A DNA stretch of 32,804 bases. It comes from a virus. Taxonomy: Duplodnaviria > Caudoviricetes. Under the pieces are notes generated by a model that saw nothing but the letters and a program-made list of their open reading frames with translations, made no database searches and was not told where the DNA came from. The first letter of the stretch is position 1; every line of letters starts with the position of its first letter. The position numbers and the translations under genes were made by a program. Below, in pieces: positions 18,128-28,900 of the stretch. The stretch lies in the IMG/VR virus record IMGVR_UViG_3300023092_000150, positions 1-32,804 of that record, one strand, 5' to 3'.

Positions 18128-19429
18128 TTATACTGTTTCTACTCTTCGTCCTACGTAAATTTTTTGTCTGTAGCCGTTTTCGCCATAGCTTCGTTCTACT
18201 TTTTCGACCTGAAAAGTGCCGTTTTTTTCTTTATCCTTAGCATTTTCCAGAATTACCTTGTCTGTAGGTCGTACAAATGGCTCACCAAAAGTCAGGAAAT
18301 AGCCTTCGAGTCCGCTTGGTTTAGATTCCATGGCTCTCACAGCAGCATATTGATACAATTCTGCAGCAACTTTTGTTGCAGCATTTTTAAAAGCTTCAGG
18401 GTCTTTGGGCAAAACATCTTTATCATCATGCAATACATGCGTTTTTACCAATTGTCCGTTTGGATCACCTAACTCGATATAAATTGGAGTGTTCGAATTT
18501 TTAAAATATTTTTCGACTCGTGTACGCGTATTTTTAGTAGATTCAGTAACGACTTTTAATCGATCTTCAATAATATTATAACGAAATCTAAAACGTACTT
18601 TTCCCATAAATCCTCCAGAAACAGATTGTAAAACCTTATTCAACTGCGAACTTAAAAGGCTAAGCCCCTGATTGATTAATTTTTTGACCAATGCTCCAGC
18701 TAACGGGCTTTTAATGAAATTTCGATCAATAAAACCGGCTAATTCTGCCGAGGTATGCTGTTGTGGATTATTAGTAATAGTAAGTACAGGAGCTAAATCT
18801 TCGGTTTTGAAATACGTATAAATTCCTTTGTCTTTTAGCATCTCAAAAACCTGGGCTAAACTTTGATTTCTGTTAATCAATACATTGCCTAGTTCTTCGT
18901 CGAGAGCGTTTACTTTAAAAGGTAATTTAAGTTCTTTGATTCTTTTTTCGAAGAAAGTTTTAGGATTAAAGCTTTCAACATTTGTTGTAGGGTTGGTTGA
19001 TACAACATTCAGAACATCACTTTTATCCTGAACATCATCATCTTTTACGGCTTTTACTTTTTTAAAAGCATACATCGCATCTTCGCAGGTAATTGTGGCA
19101 TTTGTATCTGATTGTACTCCTGTAATATAACCTCTAAAAGCGGGTTTGTAATCATCGTCATATCCTAAAAATATTTCTATGAAACTTTCTAGTTTAAAAA
19201 AATCATGAACTGTTTTTTCTTCACCATTTGCGTTTTTAAATAAGTTTTGATCAAATCCCTTAGTGTCGGTAAACACTTTTTGAGGCATCACAATTGTTGC
19301 TGTATCGGTAAGGGATTTGTATGAACTGCTGATGTCTACATTTTTTACATAGGTAAATTCATAAAATTTAGGCATAGGGATAAGCTTTACTGTTTCGTAA
19401 ACCCTAATTTTAGCATTTAGTTTAAGCAT
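18128..19429 (-). CDS. Baseplate hub protein (gpD / Mu gpP-like)
   Basis: LTDTATI.MP, IFLGYD..FRGYI, CEDAMY, G...TFGEP, G.FQVEKV..G..GYRQ motifs. Confidence 0.75.
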   Translation of the reverse strand: MLKLNAKIRVYETVKLIPMPKFYEFTYVKNVDISSSYKSLTDTATIVMPQKVFTDTKGFDQNLFKNANGEEKTVHDFFKLESFIEIFLGYDDDYKPAFRGYITGVQSDTNATITCEDAMYAFKKVKAVKDDDVQDKSDVLNVVSTNPTTNVESFNPKTFFEKRIKELKLPFKVNALDEELGNVLINRNQSLAQVFEMLKDKGIYTYFKTEDLAPVLTITNNPQQHTSAELAGFIDRNFIKSPLAGALVKKLINQGLSLLSSQLNKVLQSVSGGFMGKVRFRFRYNIIEDRLKVVTESTKNTRTRVEKYFKNSNTPIYIELGDPNGQLVKTHVLHDDKDVLPKDPEAFKNAATKVAAELYQYAAVRAMESKPSGLEGYFLTFGEPFVRPTDKVILENAKDKEKNGTFQVEKVERSYGENGYRQKIYVGRRVETV

Positions 19430-19979
19430 TGTCTCTGATTATTAGTTCTACAGTTTCGTCTGATGTGGCGCTGACCGTAAATTTTTGAATATTTTTTGTT
19501 CCCGAAATAGATGGAATCGAGTAGGAGTCGATCACTAATTCGTAAATACCAAATCGGTTTAAAATAGCGTGCGTTACTCGTAGAGCGTAAGGCGCATTTA
19601 AGAATTGTTTCAATAAAAAAAGTTTTTCCTTTGGATATTCATCTCCGGTTTCATTGGCGATTAAACCTTCGATAGAAATACTAAAATCTCCATTTGTAAT
19701 ATGCTCTTTGATAGTTGAATCTCTGCCTTCGATGCTTTCTTTTTTGATGGTTTTTGAGCGATTAAGATTCACAGTAACAGCATCTACACGTAAACTGGGT
19801 AAATTGAGATCTTTTTTTGTTAAAGGTTCAAAAACCAAAGGAGCGAAGACCCTTAGATTAAATTCTCCTCCGGTTTTATCTATAATAAAATCTTTCGATT
19901 CGGACTCGTTATAGTTAATACCAGTATATTCAGAGTCTTTGGTGTCTAAAATTTCGTTTACATTAAAATTGAATTTCAT
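19422..19979 (-). CDS. DUF6046-like tail tube initiator/baseplate protein
   Basis: KTIKKESIEGRDSTIKEHI..GDFSISIEG, LNRFGIYELVI, A.SD motifs; overlaps the hub start. Confidence 0.65.
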   Translation of the reverse strand: MKFNFNVNEILDTKDSEYTGINYNESESKDFIIDKTGGEFNLRVFAPLVFEPLTKKDLNLPSLRVDAVTVNLNRSKTIKKESIEGRDSTIKEHITNGDFSISIEGLIANETGDEYPKEKLFLLKQFLNAPYALRVTHAILNRFGIYELVIDSYSIPSISGTKNIQKFTVSATSDETVELIIRDNA

Positions 19980-19998
19980 AATGATTTATTTTTTATTT

Positions 19999-20469
19999 TT
20001 AATTTGAAAATGCTTGTGCAAAAGCGGTCATGAATGTGTTTTCGAGTCTTTTGTCGTTGTGTTTTTGTAACCAAAGAGCCTCTTCGAGTAACTTATAAAA
20101 CTCATCCATTGCTAATTGATATGGATCCACCTGAAAAGCGTATCGAATAAGAGCTGCCGATTTTTTGAATTCATCTTTTTGTGGAGTTGCATCTATCGTA
20201 AATTCGCTGTCGTTTTTGATCATCGCTACAAGAGAATTTCCTGCCGAAAGCATGAATTCATCATCATAAATTTCCTTATCCAGAACACATTCTTTAAATA
20301 AAAATAGGATCGCTTCATGTGGATTATCCTTGTATTTATTTTGATAATTTAGGAATGTGGTGAATGATGTTTTTTTGCAGTAAACAGTTGTCAGTTGATC
20401 TTCTGATGTAAATTTTATTACTGTGCCGTATTTTTCTTTTAGTTTTTGTATCGTTATTTCGTCTGGCAT
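19999..20469 (-). CDS. Second tail assembly chaperone-like protein with C-terminal extension
   Basis: LKEKYG..YCKK..ECVL resembles 11937-12281; C-terminal ALIRYAFQVDP..L..DEF...ALWL resembles the pre-tape-measure small protein. Confidence 0.5.
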   Translation of the reverse strand: MPDEITIQKLKEKYGTVIKFTSEDQLTTVYCKKTSFTTFLNYQNKYKDNPHEAILFLFKECVLDKEIYDDEFMLSAGNSLVAMIKNDSEFTIDATPQKDEFKKSAALIRYAFQVDPYQLAMDEFYKLLEEALWLQKHNDKRLENTFMTAFAQAFSN

Positions 20470-20532
20470 TTTTATAGTTTTAGAGATGTTGTCTTTGAAT
20501 GTTGAAATAGATTTTAGAAAGTTTTATGCTTT

Positions 20533-20727
20533 TTAAATACTACTGTCCCGACTTTCTTTTTTAATAATTTCTGACAGATTTTCGTTTTTTTCGGAAGTAA
20601 TGAAAGGTGTTATTGTAAAGCTCTCTATAAAAATGTTTCCGTCTGTAGTTTGTCCCAAAGGATTTTTGAATTTGCTCATATCGGGTGTTTTAGGTATTTC
20701 ACCTAGATCTTTTGGTGTATAATCCAT
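20533..20727 (-). CDS. 64-aa hypothetical protein, possible tape-measure C-terminal remnant
   Basis: First ORF after a motif-bearing promoter; NIFIESFTIT..LSEIIKKE. Confidence 0.4.
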   Translation of the reverse strand: MDYTPKDLGEIPKTPDMSKFKNPLGQTTDGNIFIESFTITPFITSEKNENLSEIIKKESRDSSI

Positions 20728-20865
20728 GATTGGTTGAATGTTTAATTGTTACTATGATTGTTGAAAGTAGTGTGTACAGATGAGGTATTTATTCTCAAAA
20801 AAAATCTGAAAATAAATGGTATTTGTATATCTGTTTGGGATGCTAATAGTTGTTATTAGAGTATG

Positions 20866-20928
20866 TAAAAGTAGGGTAGAAGGGTGTGAAAAACGAATAA
20901 TTTGCGGTCGGTATTCTGTAGTTTCAGT
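20866..20928 (-). promoter_or_regulatory. Promoter of the hub/spike operon with conserved upstream motif
   Basis: Minus strand TACTTTTA (20866-20873) and ACTGAAACTACAG (20916-20928), 42 bp apart. Confidence 0.7.
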
Positions 20929-20999
20929 GGAATGTAAATTGGTTTAAAGTTTTGTAGTTTATTTGTTTGAGGTTTTTCTAGTGTTAACTTTTTTATTAT

Positions 21000-21060
21000 A
21001 AAAAACATCCAGGATTATTGAGGAATTTATTTTTTCCTAATAATCCTGGATGTTTTTTTT
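21000..21060. terminator. Terminator after the fibre/adhesin operon
   Basis: aaaaaacatccaggattatt..aataatcctggatgtttttt inverted repeat. Confidence 0.8.
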
Positions 21061-21141
21061 ACAGCCTATATGAATGTTTATTTTTGAATGAAAAAGTTTT
21101 TTTATCCCTACTTTCGGGGATTTATTTTAACGTTTATTATT

Positions 21142-23216
21142 CTAGCTTCCTCCATCTGTTATTGTCCAATTATTGGGAGAGTTTTCTAAAATGGCTTTTC
21201 CTGCCATTCCTCCTGATGTGTATTTTGCTGTCCCGAAATTTATGTTTAAATTTGGTTTAACTGGTCTTGAACTCCAACCATTATAAATTGCATCTAAATT
21301 TGAGTTTGAAAATGTGTTGGATCTTTTGCCGGGCATAAAAGATGTTAAATTATCAACATTTGAGACATTCCAATTTCCAATGTTTTGATCGAATGCTTCG
21401 GCTGCTTGAAACATTTGTGACATGGCAGTTACTTTTGAAGTATCCCAATTTCCAATGTTTTGATTGAATAAACTCGCTTCGTAAAACATTTGATTCATAT
21501 TTGTAACATTCGAGACACTCCAGTTATTTATTGGTTGGTTAAATGATCTTGCAGTAGCAAACATTGCCGCCATAGTTGTAGCAGAAGATGTATTCCAATT
21601 GTTAATATCAGAAGATCCGCCATTATTGAATCTTGAGTTATAAAATGTAGATTGAAAATTTGTCACTTTTGAAACATCCCAAGACCCAATGTTTTGGTTA
21701 AATTTTGTACTTGCAAGCATAGCAGTCATATAAACAACATTTGAAACATTCCAATTTCCAATTGGTTGATTAAAATTTGTTGCCCCATAAAATGTCCCCG
21801 ACATATTGGTAGCGGCACTAGTTTTCCAATTATTTATATCGGAAGACTCACCATTATTAAACGTAGGTGCATCACCAAACATAGAAGCCATATTTATAAC
21901 TTTAGATACATCCCAATTTCCAATATTTTGGTTGAAATTTGTTGCCTTATAAAACATTGCAGCCATGTTTGTAACATTTGATACGTTCCAATTTCCGATG
22001 TCTTGATTGAATAGATTTATTCCATTTCCTGATCTTGAAAACATATATGACATATTTGTAACTTTTGAAGTATTCCAATTCCCAATCGGTTGATTGAATC
22101 TTTGAATAGTATCTCCACCGCCACCAGCAAACATATAGCTCATATCTATATCAGATGCAGAATTTAAAACCCAATTATTGATATCGGAAGATCCGCCATT
22201 ATCGAAATTGACTTCACCTGAAAACATATTTGAAAAATTTGTAACCTTTGAAATGTTCCAATTTCCAATGTTTTGATTGAATTGTTTGGCGTCTGCAAAC
22301 ATATAACTCATATTAACACATGAGGACGTATTCCAATTATTGATATCAGGAGAACCACCATTATTGAAATTACTTGCTTGATGAAATAAGCTTCGAACTT
22401 CTGTAACTTTTGAAATATTCCAAGAACCAATATTTTGATTAAAAGATGTTGCAACAGAAAACATTTGCGACATATTTATATCTGAAACAGTATTGAATGT
22501 CCAATTATTAATGTCAGGTGATTCGCCATTATTGAATGCTATTGCAGCATAAAACATCTGAACAAAATTTGAAACGTTCGAAACATTCCAAGCACCAATA
22601 TTTTGGTTAAATGAGGATGCAAATCCAAACATAGAATTCATTTTTGTTACTTTTGAAACGTTCCAATCTTCTATGTTTGGTTAAAATATGTTGCTCCGTA
22701 GAATATATAAGCCATATTTGAAACGTTTGAAACATCCCACTCATTGATTCTGTTTATAGTGGTCAGGTTGGTACATTGATAAAAAGTTGCTCCCATGTTG
22801 GTTAGTCCGGTTGTATCCAAAACATCGTTAACTTTTGATAAATCTAATTTAGCGCAATCTTTAAAATGATTACCATCATTTCCTAGTCTAAGATTCCCCC
22901 AACTCAATATATTTAAAATTTTGAGTTTGTCTCCACTTCCGTAAAATGTCCAATTATAACAAATCCCTACGATAGTTATCTTATAAGTTCCTACTGAACT
23001 ATAAGTATGTGTAACTTGTGCCTGATTCCAGGATGTTATAGTATCTTGTGTTCCGTCACCCCAGTCTACAATGAAATTATATACCCCTCCATTTTGAAGG
23101 GGTAATTTTATCTGATTTTCTGCACTTGATCCAGTTGAAATATTATCCGTTTTCCAAGTTGAAACAAATTCTTTTTCTGCTTCTCGTTTCCCAAATACAT
23201 ATTTTTTTATACCCAT
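21142..23216 (-). pseudogene. BspA/DUF285-type repeat adhesin with PKD-like domain, split by a 1-nt frameshift (~691 aa if repaired)
   Basis: VDWGDGT..THTY..GTY PKD-like motif; many FNQNIGNWNVSNVTNM..MF repeats; adding one base at 22676-22678 restores FNQNIEDWNVSKVTKM and joins ORFs 22671-23216 and 21142-22641. Confidence 0.8.
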
Positions 23217-25660
23217 TATACACTTAGTATTATTTGGTTGGTATTTTCCAATTTTGTCAGATTGAAATATTTTTTCTCTGGAGTAATTTCAGGTTCTCCA
23301 AATACCCATTCAATCTGATTAGCCCATTGCCAGGTTAGATTTACACCTTCTAGTGTGATCGCATTAAATGAAAATTCTTCTGTGGTGATCATAGGCATTC
23401 TTACAATACCACTACTTTTAAAAATGATAGTTTGGCCATTCCAATTTTCCTGGACATCTATATCTCCATTTATAATGATTTGTTTATCCTTTATTTGTCT
23501 TGTTTCAACTGCTGCCGTAACCGCCTTTGATGTTGGAATGCTTGTATCAAAATTTGAGATAGTATCTTTATCAATTGATCTTCCTCTCATATCTGTACCT
23601 AAGGCATCTACACAAAGTACCGTATCAGAAGAATTTGAAGGCATTTTAAACATCTTTTCCGCACCGGTCGTGTCTATGCCATAAAATCTAAGTCCACCGC
23701 TTAAATGACTTTTTTCTACATAATCTCCACTACTACCAGGTACAGTAATGTTTCCATTTTCATCCGCCAAAATTCCATTTACAGAGATGGGTAATGTAAC
23801 ATTTCCTTTCGTTCCTGTTGGAAGTGAAATTGTAGTTGATGTTGCAACATTTGTTGCGTCAAATCCAGTGAAAAATTCTTTATTTACAAATTTAATGCCT
23901 TTTACAAAATACGCTGTATCTGTAGTATAAGAGTTACCAATTATTTGAATCGCTTCTTTCTCTTCCCCGGATTCTGTAAAATCTCTATAATTCATTCTAA
24001 GACTTCCATAAGGATTACCACTAAAAGGTTTGTTAAACACAAATCCCGAAGATTGGTTTATGTAAAAAGACGAATCCAAAGATGTTGGACTTTCAATCTT
24101 TAAGTAACCTCCTTGGATATTTGTACCCGTACCTCCATATAACGTAATACCTTTATTCCTGCCAAAAATAGTTACCCCTTTTGGATTACTTCTAGCATCA
24201 AGTGCAACACCTTCACTTTGATTCATTATTAGAGAACCCAATCCCGAGGCGGCTAAATTAACTCCTCTTGATCCTGATGTGTTAATATCAATTACGTCAT
24301 TTCCACCATATATGGTTACTCCTCTGCCCAAACCTATATCAATGCTACCATTTCCCTGAGTTGTCAAAGCAATACCACGAGATGTCGACATTAAGAAAGC
24401 TGTAGTATTCTCATCCGGAGAAAACATTTCAAATCTTGATGGATTATCAACTGAGTCTTTTAGTTTAATTTGCATTTCACTAACCTGAACTTTCGTGCTA
24501 CCTGTATCAAGTACAGTTTGCCAATTTCCAGCACCTGTTACAGCTACATTTCCTGTAGAATCGGCAATAACACCATTTACAGAAGTTACAATTCTCTTAT
24601 CATTTAACGTGGTGTTATTTGAAACAAACCTTAAGTTTCCTCCTTGAGAATCAATTGTAATTCCTCCAGTCCCTCCACCAATTTCTATTCCTGAGCCTTC
24701 GGAGTTCATTCGTAATGGCTGATTTGTAGCAGCATCTCCGGAAGTTAAAAATCCGCCTCCATTAGATGAATTTAATAAAAAACTTTTAGCTCCTAAGTTA
24801 AAAACTCCATCAGTAAAAGCATCAATTCCTTGCCCTCCCGCTTTCATATTAATATAGCCGTAAGTGTCACCACTAACAGACTGATTACCAATTTTCACGC
24901 TATCTGACACTAAACCAATACTCCCAGTTTCTAATGTTTGCTGTAAATCTTGGTTTCCTCTATCTATAGAGATATCTCCGGTACCTATCAATGATTGATT
25001 ATTAATAGTCTTAAAGTCGCTTTTTGTCGCTAATGTATAAATTCCGCTATTTTTAGTTGGATCTAATTTATAAGATAAATTTTTCCCTACTGGTGGGGTA
25101 TCTCCTGAAAATTGAATTGACCCATAATTAGAAGTGCCTTTCTCTTTTATAGTAGAATGAATACTAATTCCAAGACGACTTGCAGAAATAGTACTTCCCT
25201 GATCTGGTCCTTCTGATCCTATTATTATACCTCCAGGGCCAGAATAATCACTTCCAACTCCAAATAAAGATCCGTTTCCTTGATATTTAAATTGACTGGA
25301 ATCTCCTACTTGTTGTAATGTGGGTACTTTTGATTCTATACTTATATTTCCATTTCCAACAATTTCTTCCCCATTAATTGTTTTAAATTCAGGTTTATTA
25401 ATCAATTGGCTAAAACCAGATTCACTATTCCAATCTGTATTTATTTGCGGTGCATGTGCAATTTTATCAGCTAAGTGATTATCTAGAATGGTTTTATCTG
25501 CTTTGGTTAAAAGCAATTCGTCAATTCCATCGATATCTTTTACGGGAACTTTTTCAAATTTATGTCGGAAGGAATCCCAGGTATCCCAGAATTGCGCCTG
25601 CGATGGTTTAAGACTAGTTTTAAACCAATTTTTTATGGTATTTAATGTTTGTATAGCCAT
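23216..25660 (-). CDS. Tail fibre-like protein A (814 aa)
   Basis: Shared N-terminus MAIQTLNTIKNWFKT.LKPSQ; fibre motifs FKTING, PTLQQV, LQQTLETG, SVNG..AD..GN; Gly-rich beta region. Confidence 0.7.
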   Translation of the reverse strand: MAIQTLNTIKNWFKTSLKPSQAQFWDTWDSFRHKFEKVPVKDIDGIDELLLTKADKTILDNHLADKIAHAPQINTDWNSESGFSQLINKPEFKTINGEEIVGNGNISIESKVPTLQQVGDSSQFKYQGNGSLFGVGSDYSGPGGIIIGSEGPDQGSTISASRLGISIHSTIKEKGTSNYGSIQFSGDTPPVGKNLSYKLDPTKNSGIYTLATKSDFKTINNQSLIGTGDISIDRGNQDLQQTLETGSIGLVSDSVKIGNQSVSGDTYGYINMKAGGQGIDAFTDGVFNLGAKSFLLNSSNGGGFLTSGDAATNQPLRMNSEGSGIEIGGGTGGITIDSQGGNLRFVSNNTTLNDKRIVTSVNGVIADSTGNVAVTGAGNWQTVLDTGSTKVQVSEMQIKLKDSVDNPSRFEMFSPDENTTAFLMSTSRGIALTTQGNGSIDIGLGRGVTIYGGNDVIDINTSGSRGVNLAASGLGSLIMNQSEGVALDARSNPKGVTIFGRNKGITLYGGTGTNIQGGYLKIESPTSLDSSFYINQSSGFVFNKPFSGNPYGSLRMNYRDFTESGEEKEAIQIIGNSYTTDTAYFVKGIKFVNKEFFTGFDATNVATSTTISLPTGTKGNVTLPISVNGILADENGNITVPGSSGDYVEKSHLSGGLRFYGIDTTGAEKMFKMPSNSSDTVLCVDALGTDMRGRSIDKDTISNFDTSIPTSKAVTAAVETRQIKDKQIIINGDIDVQENWNGQTIIFKSSGIVRMPMITTEEFSFNAITLEGVNLTWQWANQIEWVFGEPEITPEKKYFNLTKLENTNQIILSV

Positions 25661-25768
25661 GTTTTTTATTTAGTTATAGATTTTAAAAAAATCAACTGTT
25701 TTAATTGTTGGTAAAGATTTATTTCTGATTTTGAGACTTTTTTTATTTCCTTTATTTGGAATTTATTT

Positions 25769-25960
25769 TTACTTTTTTTCAGTAGAAAATAACGGAGAAA
25801 TACTGGATAATAATGCCGACAGAACCAAACCGATTAATTTGATTCTGTTAATGTTTACCAAGGAAAAACCCACTTCTTGTAAAAGTTCAAATTTAGTATC
25901 GATCATTCCTGTTAGAACGATTAAAATACTAACGATAACTGCAATTTTTGATTTATTCAT
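25769..25960 (-). CDS. Small two-TM membrane protein (start refined to MNKSK)
   Basis: 63 aa with two hydrophobic helices, between two fibre genes. Confidence 0.55.
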   Translation of the reverse strand: MNKSKIAVIVSILIVLTGMIDTKFELLQEVGFSLVNINRIKLIGLVLSALLSSISPLFSTEKK

Positions 25961-25982
25961 ATTTGTATTTATTAGTTTAATG

Positions 25983-28900
25983 TTATGGTAATTTCCCAAC
26001 TTGATACATCACCCAACCGGATAGTAATTTTTTACAGATCAGTGAGTATGGAGTAGAATCTAAAAAAGTAACTTCATCACCTTCTTTAGCATTTGGGTAT
26101 AATGAATTTAGTTCTGCGTTTGTTGTAGGAGCCGTAGTTGATGCGTTAGTGTATATTTTAATTAGATACTCTTTAGTCACTAAAGATTTAGCTCCCCCTG
26201 AATCAATTAAAGCATTTGTTAATGTCGGAGCTAATAATCTGTTATCAGCTTCTTTTCTAATTGCAATGTTCCCACTACCATCTGATAACAAGGCTAAATT
26301 TGAAGCATCTGTAGGTAATCCTGTAACATTACCAATAACTGTATTATTATTCCCAGTAGTGACACCCGTAGATGTTGAACCTTGTTTTAATATTACATTA
26401 TTACTTCCTGTTGTAATTGTAGCACTAAATATATCTTGATTTTCAATTAAAACATTGTTTGATCCTGATGTAAGTTGCCCTCCTGCTTGAAATCCCATAA
26501 CAATATTACGTGTCCCTGTAGAAACAACACTTGGTAGACCCATTGCTAAATACCCTATAGCAATATTATCATCACTTGTTATTCCTCCTCCTGCGGCTGC
26601 TCCAATTGCTGTATTCCTACTACCTGTTAAATTATTAGTTAATGCACTTGCACCTATACCAAGATTAAATCCCCCTGTTGTTGTATATCTTAAAGTAGAT
26701 GCTCCTAAACCTACATTTTGTGTTCCTGTTGTTAAATTAGCAAGTGTAACAGCTCCAACTGCTGTATTAAAGCCTCCAGTTGTAGCAAGAGCTAATGTAG
26801 ATCTACCTATAGCAGTATTAGCAGTAGATGTAGTGGCTGATGTTAAAGCATTTGATCCTAATGCTGTATTACCATTATTAGTGCTATTATTACCTCTACC
26901 TATTCTTATTCCATTTATAATCTTATCAACTCCTCCCAATTCTTGTAAAGAGGTATTATCGACTATACCTGATTGAGTTGCTGAGGCTGGTAAAATTGTA
27001 GGTATATCGTCTGTCGTTGCTATAGTATAACTTCCTTGAGGTTTTGTGTTGGAAAACGAAAAAGTCCTATTTTCTGTAGCATTAGCAGGAAATGTTAATT
27101 GTGTAAATTTACCTCCTGAACCAGTAACATTAATAAAAGTAGGCGCATAAGATGTACTTGCTCCTGATGTTGTATTTAGAAATCTAACTCTATCATTATC
27201 TAGTAAAACATCCTTATCTGAGTAGCTAATCGCAAGTGCTCTATCCCCAAAATTACCTGCTGTTAGAACCTGTGCTAAAGTTGGTTTAGGTGCTGATGCA
27301 ATATCCGCTGTTGTTGCTAATGTATAATTACCTGCTATAGAGGGGGCAGGAAATACTATACCTGTATTGGCTACAGGTTCTGCAACTGCTATATTTGTTT
27401 CATAAGTCTCCCCCTTTTTATATAAATTAATACCTGCACTTTCACTTATACCTATAAATTCGTTAGCATTTCCTGATCCTTTATATAAAGCTAATCTAAC
27501 ATAGTCAGGTGTCTGTTTAAATTGAGTTTCTACATAGCTCGATCCTGATAAACCATTTGACATATACATAAAATTATTTGCAAGACCACCACTCCCTGCC
27601 ATAAGATTAATTCCACTGTTTTCTTTTGTAGCGGAAGCTGTATTGTCTACAATTTTTTGCAAAGAAACATCATCTGTAGTCGCTAATTTATAAGTAGTAT
27701 CTACTGATGGGTTTTTATTAGGTATTTGAAAGGTACTTCTTGATCCTGTCTGATCTTCAAACTCTAGTAAAGCATCATGTGTATTGTTTTGTTCTTGTAA
27801 TCTAATTTTACCAGAAGAAACATCTAAATAAGCATCTCTACTAATTCCAGCATTTAGGTATGTATGTCTAAGTTGTATATTATTTTTATTAATAATTCCA
27901 TCTGATGTTTTTGATTCGCCAGATTCTACATCTTCTCCTGATGTGTAAAACTCTATTGCACCATTACCATCAAACATACTCAATTCTTGGATTCCACCAT
28001 TATAGCTAAATTCAGCTGAACCACCATTTTCTAAAGTTTGTTGTAAGTTTTGCGACGAACCTCCTGAGTGTGCATCTAAATACTCTTTAGTCACTAAAGA
28101 TTTAGCTCCCCCTGAATCAATTAAAGCATTTGTTAAACCAGGTGCTAATAATCTATTATCTGTTTCTTTTCTTAAAGCAACATTCCCTATTCCATCTGAT
28201 AGAGATATTGTATTTTCAGAATCAGAGGGAAGTCCAGTAATCTTACCTAAAACCACATTACCATTACCTGTTGTTATTCCACTAGTTAAACCTTGATTAG
28301 GTCCTATAACTAGATTATTTGAACCAGTGGTTAATGAGCCAGGTGTTAAACTAGAATTTGAAGTAGCTCCAATAATTATGTTATTATTACCAGTGCTAAT
28401 TGTACTACCAGCCATATTTCCAATAGCAATATTTGAAATTCCATTACTACTATATAATGAATATGCTCCAAGAGAAGTATTATATCCACCAGTCGTATTT
28501 GTTTGTAGTGAAGAAGCTCCTGCACTTACGTTGTTATTTCCTGTAGTATTATTATATAAAGCATTTGACCCAAATGCCATGTTTAATGTTCCTGTAGTAT
28601 TAAACATTAAAGATTGAGTTCCAAAAGCAGAATTAAAACTTGCCGTAGTATTTGACATTAAAGCATTTCTACCAACTGCTGTATTACTGGGTCCTGTTGT
28701 ATTTGCAGTTAAGGCATTACATCCAACGGCTGTATTATTATTTCCTGTGGTATTTGAATTTAAGGTACCAAAACCTAATGCACTACTTCTAAGTCCTGTA
28801 GATACTTCATTTGTATAACCAGAAGAAAAAACAACATTAGAAATATCTTGGTTATTACCTCTTCCAATCCTTACCCCATTTATAAGCTTATCAACTCCTC

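Noticed and set aside
13187-19979. Type VI secretion system or canonical Afp/PVC eCIS
   Set aside because: No TssB/TssC pair, ClpV, membrane complex or Afp15-like ATPase recognised; components look like Bacteroidota prophage tail genes
21142-22700. CRISPR array suggested by periodic repeats
   Set aside because: Repeats are degenerate, in frame and protein coding (DUF285-type); no cas genes
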